This document shows, in pieces, positions 1-14,664 of a DNA stretch of 64,000 nt (within the stretch, counting starts at the first letter, position 1; every line of letters begins with the position of its first letter). Source of the DNA: the human T2T-CHM13v2.0 reference genome, Homo sapiens. The notes beneath the pieces were generated by a model. It saw only the letters and a list, made by a program, of their open reading frames with translations. It did no database searches and had not been told where the DNA came from. The stretch is taken from the NCBI RefSeq assembly GCF_009914755.1, contig NC_060925.1, one strand, 5' to 3'. A program made the translations under genes and the position numbers.

Positions 1-42
1 GTTTGTTTGTTTGTTTGTTTGTTTGTTTTTGTTTGTTTGTTT
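1..42. repeat. (GTTT)n microsatellite
   Basis: Direct tetranucleotide repeat at the window start. Confidence 0.95.
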
Positions 43-199
43 TGGCCAGGCCTTGCTGGTCACATAGGTTTGTGTTGCCTGTGATAGATGTTTGAGGCCA
101 TAAAACCGTCAATCGCACCTGAGAGCAGACTGCACAATAAAAGTGAATTGCATAATTGCCTGAAACACGTCAGTTGTAAAAGTTGAAAAAAAGAGAGAG

Positions 200-3069
<2,870 letters not shown>

Positions 3070-3153
3070 TGACTCTTTGCTTAACCAAACTTTAGTCAGG
3101 CTCCTGAGCCTTCAGCCTATCTGTGCACTTCCTAATAAAATCCAGTTTTAGCT

Positions 3154-3939
3154 ATATATGTATATATATATAATGTAATATATAATATTATATACTATAA
3201 TACATATTATATATAATATTATATACTATATATTACTATATTATTATATTATATATAATTAAACTATATTATAGTATATAATATATAATATATACTATAT
3301 GTAATATTACTATGATACTGATATTATATTATATATAATTAAATTATATTATATTAATATATAAATTATATATAATACATAATATATAAATTATATTATA
3401 TTATTTATATATAATGTATGCCATATAATTTATATATAATGCATTATATATAATTTATATATAATGCATTAAATATAAATTATATATAATACATTATATA
3501 TAATTATATATAATACATTATATATAATTATATATAATGCATTATATATAATTATATATAATGCATTATATATAATTATATATAATGCATTATATATAAT
3601 TATATATAATGCATTATATATAATTTATATTTAATATATAAATTTATATTTAATATATTTATATATTATATATAATAAATTATATATAATATGTAAATAT
3701 AATCTATATAAAATATATAGATTATATGTATATCTATGTATAACCAAAGAAAAATGAGTCATAAACCTGGAAAACGGTTGTCCTGGGATGGATGGCACTC
3801 TAGTCACACAGACCAACCTGCACCAGTTAAAAGGAAGTCTATCTATAGATATATCTATATATAGCTCTATATAAATAGAAATATCTATATATATCTCTAT
3901 ATATTATAGATACATCTATCTCTGTATATAGAGATATAT
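3154..3939. repeat. AT-rich low-complexity block with a 24-bp palindromic minisatellite (tatatataatgcattatatataat)
   Basis: Seen directly. It is flanked by the 14-bp direct repeat atccagttttagct at 3140-3153 and 3940-3953. Confidence 0.95.
3750..3840 (+). repeat. 91-bp dispersed direct copy of 6389-6479
   Basis: Manual alignment gives 4 mismatches in 91 bp. Confidence 0.95.
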
Positions 3940-3958
3940 ATCCAGTTTTAGCTCTCTC

Positions 3959-4008
<50 letters not shown>

Positions 4009-4013
4009 TAGAT
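3959..4013. repeat. (GATA)n(GACA)n compound STR
   Basis: Direct reading. Confidence 0.95.
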
Positions 4014-4829
4014 TTAAAAAAACCTTTCTAAGTCAGTTTAGCGTAGACCCCCGCCCTTGATATCTGATCAGTTTCCTCATCCTCCACCCCCCCAGGTGAC
4101 ATCTGATCACCTGGCTTGTCTTCAGCAAGAATCCTGTTAATTGGGTTTAGCCAGAGTCCCCCTACCCCTGATGTTTCCTCCTAGTCATTTTCCATCCACT
4201 GACTCCTACTCTGCTCTTCGGCTATAAATTCCCTCTGGCATGGGCTGTGTTCAGAGTTGAGTCCAATCTCTCTCCCATGGCAAGACTGCATTGCAGTAGT
4301 CTTTGTACCTTTCATGATCATCCTGAACAAAGTCTTTCTTATTGTGTTTTAACAAGTATCATTGAATAATTTTGTTCTTTAACAGTACCTTGATTTACTC
4401 TGAAATCTGGTATATACAAAAGAATAACATACTTACGGGGGAAGTTGACCTGAGACCAAAATAGCCGCCCTCCTCCCGCCCCCCGTGACCCCCAAACCAG
4501 GTTGAAGAATGCAGTAGATTTATTTGTAACCCTTGTGGGAGGACTAAATAAGTGTTATTTGTCATGCTTATGTTGCTGCTGTTGTTCTAAACAGCTCTAG
4601 AATCTCAAAACAGAGACCTCCCTACCAGGTCACAATATCATAGTTAACATCTTTTAGATTCCCATAGTCTTTGGAGTGGTCCAAAGATTCTTGTGCCCAG
4701 CTTCTAGTTCACAAGCTTTCCTTATTCACCAGCACAGACCACCCTGTCATCTAAGCAGCAGGTTATAAAAGGAACCACTTTATCCTCCCATATGCTGTAC
4801 ATTTTTCCTATGTCCCCATTTTTATTACT

Positions 4830-4980
4830 TTTAATCCCAATTCTCTGAGACAAGTCTGAACATTTCCATTAGAGTAAGTGGGAAAATGAAACATTTATAT
4901 AAAGTCACACAGCTGGGAAGTGTCTGATCTGGGCTCTATATCCAGGTCTGCCTGATCGTAAAGCCAGTGCTCTTTGATGC
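4830..4980 (+). mobile_element. MIR fragment
   Basis: aagtcacacagct...tccaggtctgcctga...aaagccagtgctct resembles the MIR core. Strand and limits are approximate. Confidence 0.6.
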
Positions 4981-5809
4981 TGTTCTAAACTCTGCACTGT
5001 GAAGTTCAGAAGTCAGAAGAGCGCACCTGAGGCAGACACTGGGCAGGAAGATAGACCTTTACTCCTTTCTGGGCCTCTGTACTTCCTCCAGGTTCACTGC
5101 CAGCTCCACCAACCTTTGCCAGGGCACTTCATTTCCTAGGGGTCTTTTTTTCTTTCCATCTCTACCTGTATTTATTCTTCCCAAGTCATCTCTCCCTCCA
5201 AAGCCACAACAGCACCTTTAGCTGCCGAGTGCTCACTCCACTGAACCCAGTTTGCTGTACTCAATCGGGACAAAACATCATTGTATGTATGTAAGTGCCA
5301 CCAAGTAAGATGTGGGGCGATGTTTTCCAGAAATGCACCAGTCACAGTCCATTTAGTGCCAGGGAAATCAAGTTTGAAGGCGCTGTAATTATCATTATTG
5401 ACTTTGGATGGTTCTGTGCTGCTATATGCAAAATCTGTAATTTCCTTGACAATATGGCAGAACATGGTATGGAACCCTCACTCTCCTAATCCTACAACAG
5501 GGGGGAAAAAAAAAAGACAATGCCAGCCAAGCTGGCAGATGAGACTCTTCCTTTTCTGCAGCTCTCTCTACCCTTTCTAGCTAATGCTCTGCCCTATGAA
5601 CAATGCTATGCAGCTGGATGGGTGGGGGCTACAAACAGCCATAGAGGAAACAGACAAATAAAATCTGGTGGCCACCCACCCAACAGCATTCATGAAGGGT
5701 CTGCAGTTTCCACGTGGGTCTTTCAGCGCTTCATTTGGTCATCAGGAATTCAGTTTCTTTCTCTGATAACATGAAAGAAGTCAAACATTACAGAAATCAA
5801 ATGCAAGGC

Positions 5810-6245
5810 TATTATGGGTTGAATTATGTCCCTCAAGAAAAGACAAAAATGCAGCACCTTGGAATGTGATTTTATTTGGAAACAGGATCTTTACAGATAG
5901 AATCAAGTCAAAATGAGGGCCTTTATCCACCATAACTGGTGTCTTTATAAAAGGGAACTTTGAACACAGAGACAGATGTGCACGGAGGAAAGATGATGCA
6001 AAAAGACATAGGGAGAAGACAGCCATGGAAACACACAAGCAGATATCAAGGTGATGTTCCAACAAGCTAAAGAAAGCAAAGATCGCCGGCCACCACTAGC
6101 AGCTGGGGAGAGGCACGGACAGATTCAACCTGCTGCCAATGCCTTGATGTTGGACTTCTGCCTCTGGAACTCAGAGAGAATAAATTTCTGTTGTTTAAGC
6201 CACTCTAACTGTGGTGTTTTTTGTTATGGCAGCCAAGGAAGCTTA
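5810..6245 (+). mobile_element. MLT1 (MLT1B/C-like) MaLR LTR
   Basis: Start tatgggttgaattatgtccc; end ataaatttctgttgtttaagccac...ttgttatggcagcc. Confidence 0.85.
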
Positions 6246-7471
6246 TGTGAGAATCTCCCAAAAAAAGGGTGGGTATGAAGAAAGAATTTTAATAAATATG
6301 TATGATGCATTTTGGTGATTTGAAAAGGCAGCCATATTTGTCTAGAAAACCCTTTCCCTGGGCAATTGGTATCATCACTGGTGTGGAAAAAAATGAGTCA
6401 TAAACCTGGAAAACGGTGGTCCTGGGATGGATGGCACTCTAGTCACACAGACCAACCTGCACCAGCCAAAAGCAAGTCTGTGATCAGAGCCTGGACGGCA
6501 TCAGCCAAACCTGCCCTCTAGCAACAGTGACCACAACAGTCTCCTGAAATGCTAATTATCCTTCCTTCTGAGAACCTTTTTTAAAAAACTATTAGTGGCT
6601 AAATAAATTGAAGATGAAGGATAATTTGGCTTATTTATTTTTAGAATACTGTCTTCTTTAACCTATCTTATGAGCCTTCATTTAAATAATCAATCCAAGC
6701 TTCCCCCAATGGCACATTTTCCATTCTGTAGCGATACGTGTAATGAATCCCCATGCCACAGAGAGATGGCAATGACCCTGTGGGTGTCTCCACTCTGCAT
6801 CCAACTCACTATTGCCCATTGTCTCTACCTCTCTGGGGGGCGAGGTCCCTGGAGACACCCCTCCTGTGGAGTCTCTGTCTGTCTTTGGGGGACAGAGATG
6901 TGTCTTATGGATCACTCAGCTTTGTTTGTACTCTGGGAAGTTGCACTAGAACCTCTTTCCAATGAGTCTTAATCAGTCATTTCTTGTTGCTTCTTGTAAC
7001 GTCACTGAATTATAACAGAAGTGTTAATGTAAGTACAGGTTCCCTCTCAGTGATTCTGCCAAGGCTTTGCTTGCTCAGCGAGCTGGTATCCTCTGGCTCC
7101 TTGACTCTTTTCCTCCTGTCTCCTAGAGATTTGCTGCCTGCCTTGCAGATAAGGGAGTTTTTGTGGATGCTTTTTGAACGAGAGTATGTACAGTGTTGTC
7201 TTCCAGGTGTCTCTGGAGTTCTTCCATGGCACATTCTGCATCCAAAAGCACCGGATTCCTGCAAAGGACTCACCTCAGGGGCAGATCAGAATATTCCAGT
7301 CCAAATCATCAGGATTTCAAGTGTGGTTTGTGTTTTATGGATGCCTTCTCTACCCTTCTTCCATTACCCATTAACATATTTTGTGGCTCCCCAAGGATGA
7401 AGAAATACAGAACAGAAATAAAAATATCGAGCCCAATGACCTGCCTTCAAACTATTGGTAAGGCAATGCTA

Positions 7472-7709
7472 TTGCTGGAGAACAAAACATGCCACCCCCA
7501 AAACAAATATGACTAAAAAGCTACCCTTTTGCAAGAGAGATTTACATCTGTAAAATAAATCTCCTTTTGGAAGGGTGTCTCCCTCTCTGCACCAGGGAGA
7601 GAATTGCTAGGTTGACCCCCATATCACTAAAGAGCCTTCATCAATGAAGAAGGCATCGACTTAAATCTATATAACAAGGCTTAGCTTTGTTTAAGGTCCT
7701 TTTCCTGCC
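7472..7709 (+). mobile_element. MER39/MER34-like ERV1 LTR, 5' part
   Basis: gagaacaaaacatgccacccc, gagatttacatctgtaaa and gggtgtctccctctctgcaccagg motifs. It appears to continue at about 9086. Confidence 0.6.
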
Positions 7710-7877
7710 TTTTTCTTTTCTTTTCTTTTCTTTTTCTTTTCTCTCTTTTTTTTTTTAAACAGAGGTGGGGTCTCACTACATTGGCCAGGCTGGCCTCAAA
7801 TTCCTGGGCTCAAGTGATCCTCCTGCCTCAGGCTCTTGAGTCACTGGGATTATAGACATGAGCCACCACACCCAGTT
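7710..7877 (-). mobile_element. Alu monomer (FLAM-like) with T-rich tail
   Basis: A single Alu arm on the minus strand, preceded by (TTTTC)n/poly-T. Confidence 0.85.
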
Positions 7878-8539
7878 CCATAATCCCCATTTAACTAGTG
7901 AGGAAACCGAGACACAAATCAGGCAAGACACCTGTTTTGTTTGGACACACACAGCCAGGTGGTGGTTGAGCTGAACATGCTCGTTTGAACCAGGCTGTTT
8001 CCCACACTCACATTTGTCACCCTCCGTGATGATTTGACATACTGAGTCTCTCCAAGAAAGTCCCCAGTGGGAGGTACTATGCCTTTAACACTCTAGAGCA
8101 GCCTCAACAAGCTTCACCTGGGACAGGCTAAAGCATCTATGGAGAATTCATTAACATTGTTTCCTTTGTATTGACTGTTATTACAGTAACCTTTGAATCA
8201 CCCAAAAGGATACTGGATTTCCATTCACAGTAATGTTACAATGTATCCCATAAGATGAATGGAGTCCCATCTAAGATTTTTACCAGTGGACTCAAGGGCT
8301 GCAACATACTTACGAGATCCCTCAGCAAGCAACCTATATATCCAACAAAAGGGGATTGATCAAGTGAATACTGGGCTATCCATGAAGTGGAATGTTATGC
8401 AGCTATACGGAGGGGCAAGAATGCTTCCTAAATGAACTACGAGGGAAACAACAAGATATATAATAAAATGGAAACAAAAGTCAGGGGCAAAATGTGTAGC
8501 ATATGCTACTGTTGTATGATTTTAAAAAATGAAAAAGGG

Positions 8540-8823
8540 GGCCTGGTGCCGTGGCTTACGCCTGTAATCCCAGCACTTTGGGAGGCCGAGGCGGGCAGAG
8601 CGCCTGAGGTCAGGAGTTCGAGACCAGCCTGGTCAACATGGAGAAACCCCGTCTCTACTAAAAATACAAAAACTAGCCGGGCATGGTGGTGCGTGCCTGT
8701 AATCCTGGCTGAGGCAGGAGAATCACTTGAACCCGGCGGTGGAGGTTGCAGTGAGCCGAGATCGTGCCACTGCGCTCCAGCCTGGGCGACAGAGGGAGAC
8801 TGCGTCTCAGAAAAAAAAAAAAA
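8540..8823 (+). mobile_element. AluS (Sx/Sp-like) with a small right-arm deletion
   Basis: Alu dimer, poly-A, TSD-like gaaaaaggg on both sides. It sits in an old L1M 3' UTR fragment (about 8330-9020). Confidence 0.92.
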
Positions 8824-9085
8824 GTAAAAAGAAAAAGGGGGGAGAGAGAGAGAGAGAGAGTGTGTGTGTGTGAGTGTGTGTAGAAACAGTGGCTGCCTCT
8901 GGGAAGAGAAACTGGGTGACAGGACATGGGGAGTGAGGCTTCACATCTTGGTGCCTTTTTTAGATTTAGAACTATTTAAAGATAAATTGAAGTTATCTTA
9001 AAAAATAAAATTGCTTAATAAAAAGGAGAGCCGACTAAAGAAAAAGTAAGCTGGGACTGCAGGTGCATGTGAAAGCACCAGGCTT

Positions 9086-9356
9086 TGGCTATTTCTCTTT
9101 AACAGGTCTTTTCTCACATCCTTCTTTCTTTGTTTCAGAGAAGAATGGTATTTAAGCCTGAAGTTTAAACTACCATTTTGAGATCTACCCTAGAGATTTA
9201 CTCAACTCTCTGGGTTATTTCTCATGTGTACAGAACATATACTTGTACATGCATTTCAACTTCTGTCCATTTTCCTCTTGATAATCTGTTTTATTCTTCC
9301 CGGGAGTCTCAGCTAAGAACTCATGAAGTGGAGAATATTATTTTTCCTCACCTACA
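9086..9356 (+). mobile_element. MER39/MER34-like LTR, 3' part
   Basis: ggtatttaagcctgaag and tctcagctaagaactcatgaag motifs; end ttttcctcacctaca. Confidence 0.6.
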
Positions 9357-10153
9357 CCATTCGTATGGTTAACAGAAAGTGCTCTTAGAAGATTCCTGTA
9401 AATAAATGGATTTCTTAATAGAAATTCAGAGGGACATAGAGGTCTTCATAAAGTGTCCTGAGTGGAAAGAAAATGAGGTCCTCATTATCTAGGAAAACCC
9501 AGATGACCTAGAGCTTCTCTCATGAGAAGTGCTCATGGAACAGAGAAGGGATGTTTGTCCCTCCTCCAGGTTCAGCTGGGGAGAACCACACTCCCCCCTC
9601 ACATCTCCTATGCACACTGGCCCTTTACGGAACATCCTTCCTGCATCCCCACACCACTCTGTGTTGAGGACATCACAACCCACATGCCTGTGACTCCTCC
9701 ACGTTCCACACGGCATCACACTGAAAGCCCAGTCTGCTTACTAGCATGCCTTGCTAATAAAGAGATGTCGAAAGTTAAATTCTAAAGTTCAACTTTTTTT
9801 CTTACATTTTCAATCCTGTGGACAATAAGTAAATCAAGAAAAAAATAGACTTTTCAAAAAAATCAATTCTGAGACTGAGTTTTGATTTCAGAGACAAAGT
9901 CCTCATCCTTTGGAGGGTAAGTTTGGTTGTTTTCGAGGTGGAGGCTCGTTGCCTTGCCTTCTTTGCTTTTGGTTTCTCACCTTGTCTGCCCCTGCCCTGC
10001 CTCCCATCCATCCTCCTCCATCCTGTGGTCATTGGCTTCCTAACACCAATATTGGATCCTGCTTGAACACCTTAAGGGCCCATTTGCTGCTGTTCTCAGG
10101 ATAAAGTCTTGAGTCCCCAGCACGGCACTCAAGGCCCTTCATAACTTGGTCAC

Positions 10154-10293
10154 TTGTGCATGGTAAAGTAGTGTGGGGTTTAGAGGAAACACGGTCCACA
10201 CCAACGTTCTCACTTCTGACACCAATTGCAAATTCAGTAGGTTTCCAAAACCATTCTCAATTTCGATAATTTTTTAGAAGGACTTGCAGAACT
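10154..10293 (-). repeat. 140-bp inverted copy of 11366-11502
   Basis: The reverse complement aligns with about 7 substitutions and one 3-bp indel. Confidence 0.95.
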
Positions 10294-10351
10294 TTTCTGC
10301 CTCATCTTAGTTCATTCCTCAATAAACCCCGCCCAAAATTATTGGGCTAAT

Positions 10352-11485
10352 TGTCACTGCCTGTACAGTAAATGACTTAACCTTGCCCGAAGAAAGTTCT
10401 GGTTTTTGTCCCCAGCTGCTGAGACATGCTGTGTAGGCCCTTGGCATTTCCCTTCTGATAAGGATGTGTCTATTTACCTGGGGCCTTGGCCACTGCGCAG
10501 CTTAGCAATGTGCTTTGTGATGAGGGCTTTGGGGCATGCAGTATATACTCCTCTTCTAGAGGGCTGGAGGCTAAAGGTCAGCCATGTGGGCAGCTGTTCA
10601 TGAAGCCACAATGAGGGTGGACTCCTGACACCAAGGCACAGGTGAGCTTCCCTGTGGAAAATAGTCCAGGTGCATTGTCACATGTCATGGCTTGGAGGAG
10701 TTAGCACTGTCCAGGGCTCTATAGGGAGGAGACACCTTGTGTATTCATCTGTTCTCACACTGCTAATAAAGACATACCCGAGACTGAGTAACTTATAAAG
10801 GAAAGAAGTTTAATGGACTCACAGTTCCACATGGTTGGGGAGGCCTCACAATCATGGCAGAAGACAAAGGAAGAGGAAAGGCATGTCCTACATGATGGCA
10901 GGCAGGAGAGAGTATGTGCAGGGGACCTCCCCTTTATAAAACCATCAGATTTCATGAGAACGTCTTACATGATGGCAGGCAAGAGAGAGCGTGTGTAGGG
11001 GAGCTCCCCTTTATAAAACCATCAGATTTCGTGAGAACGTCTTACATGATGGCAGGCAAGAGAGAGCGTGTCCAGGGGAACTCCCCTTCAGAAAACCATC
11101 AGATTTCGTGAGACTCATTCACTATCATGAGAACAACACAGGAAAAACCCACCTCCACGATTCAATTTCCTCCCACCAGGTGCCTCCTGAGACTCACGGG
11201 GATTATTACACTTCAAGATGAGATTTGGGTGGGAACACAGAGCCAAACTATATCATCTGGAAACTATATTTTGAACCTGCCAGACTCTGCCCAGGTGCCT
11301 CTTCCCTTGGCTGATTGTAATATGCAGCAGTTTCTCATGATAAACTATAACAGCACCTTTCACTGAGTTCTGCAAGTCCTAAAAAATTATTGAAATTGAG
11401 AATGGTTTTGGAAACCTCCTGAATTTGCAATTGGTGTCAGAAGTGAGAATGTTGGTGTGGACTATGTTCCCTCTAAACCCCACAC
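10352..11485 (+). mobile_element. MER21-family LTR split by a THE1 insertion
   Basis: ggctggaggctaaaggtcagcc, ggtgagcttccctg and ttgcaattggtgtcagaagtgag motifs. Limits are approximate. Confidence 0.65.
10740..11255 (-). mobile_element. THE1 (MaLR) solo LTR containing three tandem 77-bp units
   Basis: Termini tgtatt...ttctcacactgct and gagatttgggtggg...aaactatatca. Units start at 10884, 10961 and 11038. Confidence 0.9.
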
Positions 11486-11534
11486 TACCTTACCATGCAC
11501 AAAAATGCCACCACTGTTTCATTCCCGGTATTGT

Positions 11535-11566
<32 letters not shown>

Positions 11567-11972
11567 TTGTGCGTGCTCTCTGTCTCTTTCTCTTCTTCTT
11601 TCTCTCCTACCCCTTGCTCTCGTCTCTATTCTTCAATTTCAAGCCATAGCTAAGCTGATAGAGTAGAAAGAGCACTGTTCAGGCCTGGGAGTAGATAAAT
11701 GAGGGGCAATGTCAGTCTGAGTCATAAATGCTTTATAACTTTGGTTTTCTCTTTGGTAATTAAAAAAAAAAATTGGCCCTGAGCAGTTGATTCTCAGTTG
11801 AGTGTCCTATGTGTCAGCATTCTGAGTGAAGGGGCAGAGACCAGCCCAGGTCCTAAAGGGCAAGTCAGGACATGCCCAGTTGACCTTCCTGATTCCACAT
11901 GGTCCCTTGAAACTATGGCTGAGTTAAGGGATAAAGTGAGGGAGTCCTTCCTCATGATCCCAGAAAAGTTAA

Positions 11973-12250
<278 letters not shown>

Positions 12251-13689
12251 TAGTCGAGGAATGTCTGGCCAAAAAAATTTAGTATTTTATTCTCTTCCTT
12301 TCACATTCCCATTCACTCAAGATTAATTTTTATTTTTAAAAATTCTGCCTCATAATATGAAATCATTGAATTTCCTACTATTTCCTGCAAGTCAGTTCTG
12401 TTTTGTATTTTAAAAAGTGTTTCCTGAAGTCTTATAAAAATACAAAAACAACATGACACTTATCCTTATTTTATTGCTCCCTTTTGGCCAGGTCAAACCG
12501 CCCATTGCTTATCTAATGGGAGATACAGCCTTTCCAAATGCCACCTGAAGAATGCTCAGAATAAAGCCAACTCAATGCCCAGGCCAAATACACTGTGTTT
12601 ATGCAGATGCCCAATTCATGGATCAACAGCTCCTTCTTCACCACACCATCCTTCCTCCCAAGAGGAGAAGCCTAGAATCCATATGTTGGCTCTATCAAAA
12701 TGCAGATACCACCATATGTCACCAAAGATGGCACTGCAGTTGCCCTTGGCCGAGTTCCTGGTGCTTGCTGGTGGCACATTTTCCAAGCACAGACATTTTC
12801 AAATCAACCACTGAGAAGTTTGATGAGCGGCTATGATGCCAACAGAAGATTCAAATTCCAATCAGGTGTTTGGGGCCAAAACTCGGTGCCTCGTAGCTCC
12901 TGTGGCTGAGACCACAAACTGGTTCCATAGGCAATGCAAGTGCTCTGACAGCATCTGAACACACTTACCTTTCAAAACCCGTGGCAGCCTTTCCATGCCT
13001 TGGCATGCAAATGAGTCAATGCTATATTTGGTAATGAGTGCCAGTCCTTTTTTGACAGGTTAATTAATATTCATTATTCAACAGAGAAGAAAATGCTGAG
13101 TTGTTTATCATTGGTTCATTAGTTTTAGCCAAATAAAGGATAAACATAATTACTCTCATAAACTGCTGTGACAGAGCCTAAAAATTATGGGGCTGAAAAT
13201 GGATGCCTTCAGGAAAACCCTAAAAGAAATGAGACCCTTGGATCTCAGCAGATGAGTGAGAATAACAGTTCTGGTTTCTACTGGCATGTCCCAACTCCCT
13301 CTCTCATTGGACCTGGACAAGATCATTCTCCAAAAATGACTCTGCTCTTGCATTTCTTGTTGCCTTTGTCTTCACTGATGATTTTTGCTGTGAGGTGTTG
13401 GGGGCTTGTTACTACTGTGTGGTGCGTGGGCAGGAGTTAAGCCTTCTGTAGGGGCAAGTTCTCTGACTAAGCAAAAGGCTACACCTGACATCATGGAGGT
13501 TGGCATGGATGGGTCTCCCTCTGAATTCTAGCTTCCTGACTGTGTTTTTTATGCTAAAGATTTAGCAGGCTTCTCCTCCTGCATTCTCCCTCGCATCCTG
13601 TCCTTTCCTCTAGTGTCAGTGCTTTCACCTTCAACAACTCAAGACTTTAGATTCTGCTTCTTAGGGAATCAAACTCAGTCCTCTCTGTA

Positions 13690-14140
13690 TTCACCATTTG
13701 TGTCCCTCCCAAAGTCGTGTGTTTAAACTCTAACCCCCATGTGACTATGTTTGGAGATGCAGCCTATAAAAGGTCATTAACGTTAAATGAGTTCATAAGG
13801 GTGGAATTAATCCAGTGGAATTAGTGTCCTTAGAAGAAGAGATGCTGGAGCTTGGGCACTCTCTGCAGGTACAAAAAGAAGAGGTCACATGAGCATGCAG
13901 CAAGAAGGTGGCTGTCTGTAAGCCAGCAACAGAGCCCTCACCTCTCAGCTGGCACCTGGATCTGAGACTTCCAGCCTCTAAAACGGAGACAATAAATTTC
14001 TGTTGTTAACCCATTTCCCATTTGCCCCAAGAATACTGCACTGGCAGCAAGCTGCAATTTTTTTTTTTTCCCTAAATGGGAAATGGGTTAAGTCACCCAG
14101 ACTGTGGTGTTTTGTTATGGGCAGCCCAAGCCGACGAATA
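13690..14140 (+). mobile_element. MLT1A-like MaLR LTR
   Basis: tttgtgtccctcccaaa...gacttccagcctc...aataaatttctgttgtt...ttgttatgggcagccc. Confidence 0.8.
14010..14087. mobile_element. MER75A-like piggyBac MITE
   Basis: Perfect 14-bp TIRs cccatttcccattt / aaatgggaaatggg, with TTAA TSDs at 14006-14009 and 14088-14091. Confidence 0.9.
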
Positions 14141-14178
14141 GACTAACATAGACTAATAGGCTATCCGGAAACTATGGC

Positions 14179-14219
14179 AACACACACATACAGACACACA
14201 CACACACACACACACACAC
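14179..14219. repeat. (CA)n microsatellite
   Basis: Direct reading. Confidence 0.95.
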
Positions 14220-14664
14220 CTTGTCATTTTCACTCCACTGCTCCATCATTGTGTTTTTAGGTAGTTTTGATGACGATGATGGTGATGATGATGAGAATAA
14301 AAAGGAAACAAACGTGTTTATGTCAGGTGTCAGGCACTTATTTTCCCTGCAAAGTGCTTGCACATTTATTACCTCATGGGGAGAGCCTGGGTCCAAGCAG
14401 CCATGGTTTCGATGAGAAAGTCAGGCTCTGAAATAAGAACTTCAATGAGCAAAACTGTATTTATGTTAATAAAAGGAAAATAAAACTCAAAATCTGTAAA
14501 TATGTAAACCTCTAGTGATCTTCTCCCTAGTGAATGTAGATGTGATCAAATAAACAAGTCTGTGTGTTTCAGCTCCCTAAGGACAGAACACACTTGCATG
14601 GCTGTATTTACTGTTTATATTTAGAACAATGGTTTTAAAGAAATGTAACAGTGCCAATACAGTT

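Larger units (their letters stand above)
3070..4384 (+). mobile_element. MER31-like ERV1 LTR interrupted by an AT-rich expansion and a GATA STR
   Basis: Start tgactc...accaaactttagtcaggctcc, internal tcagcaagaatcctgtt and ggctataaattccc, end ttctttaaca. Confidence 0.75.

Noticed and set aside
10154-11502. Novel DNA transposon with 140-bp TIRs
   Set aside because: There is no TSD and no transposase. The right arm is the natural end of a MER21-like LTR plus flank.
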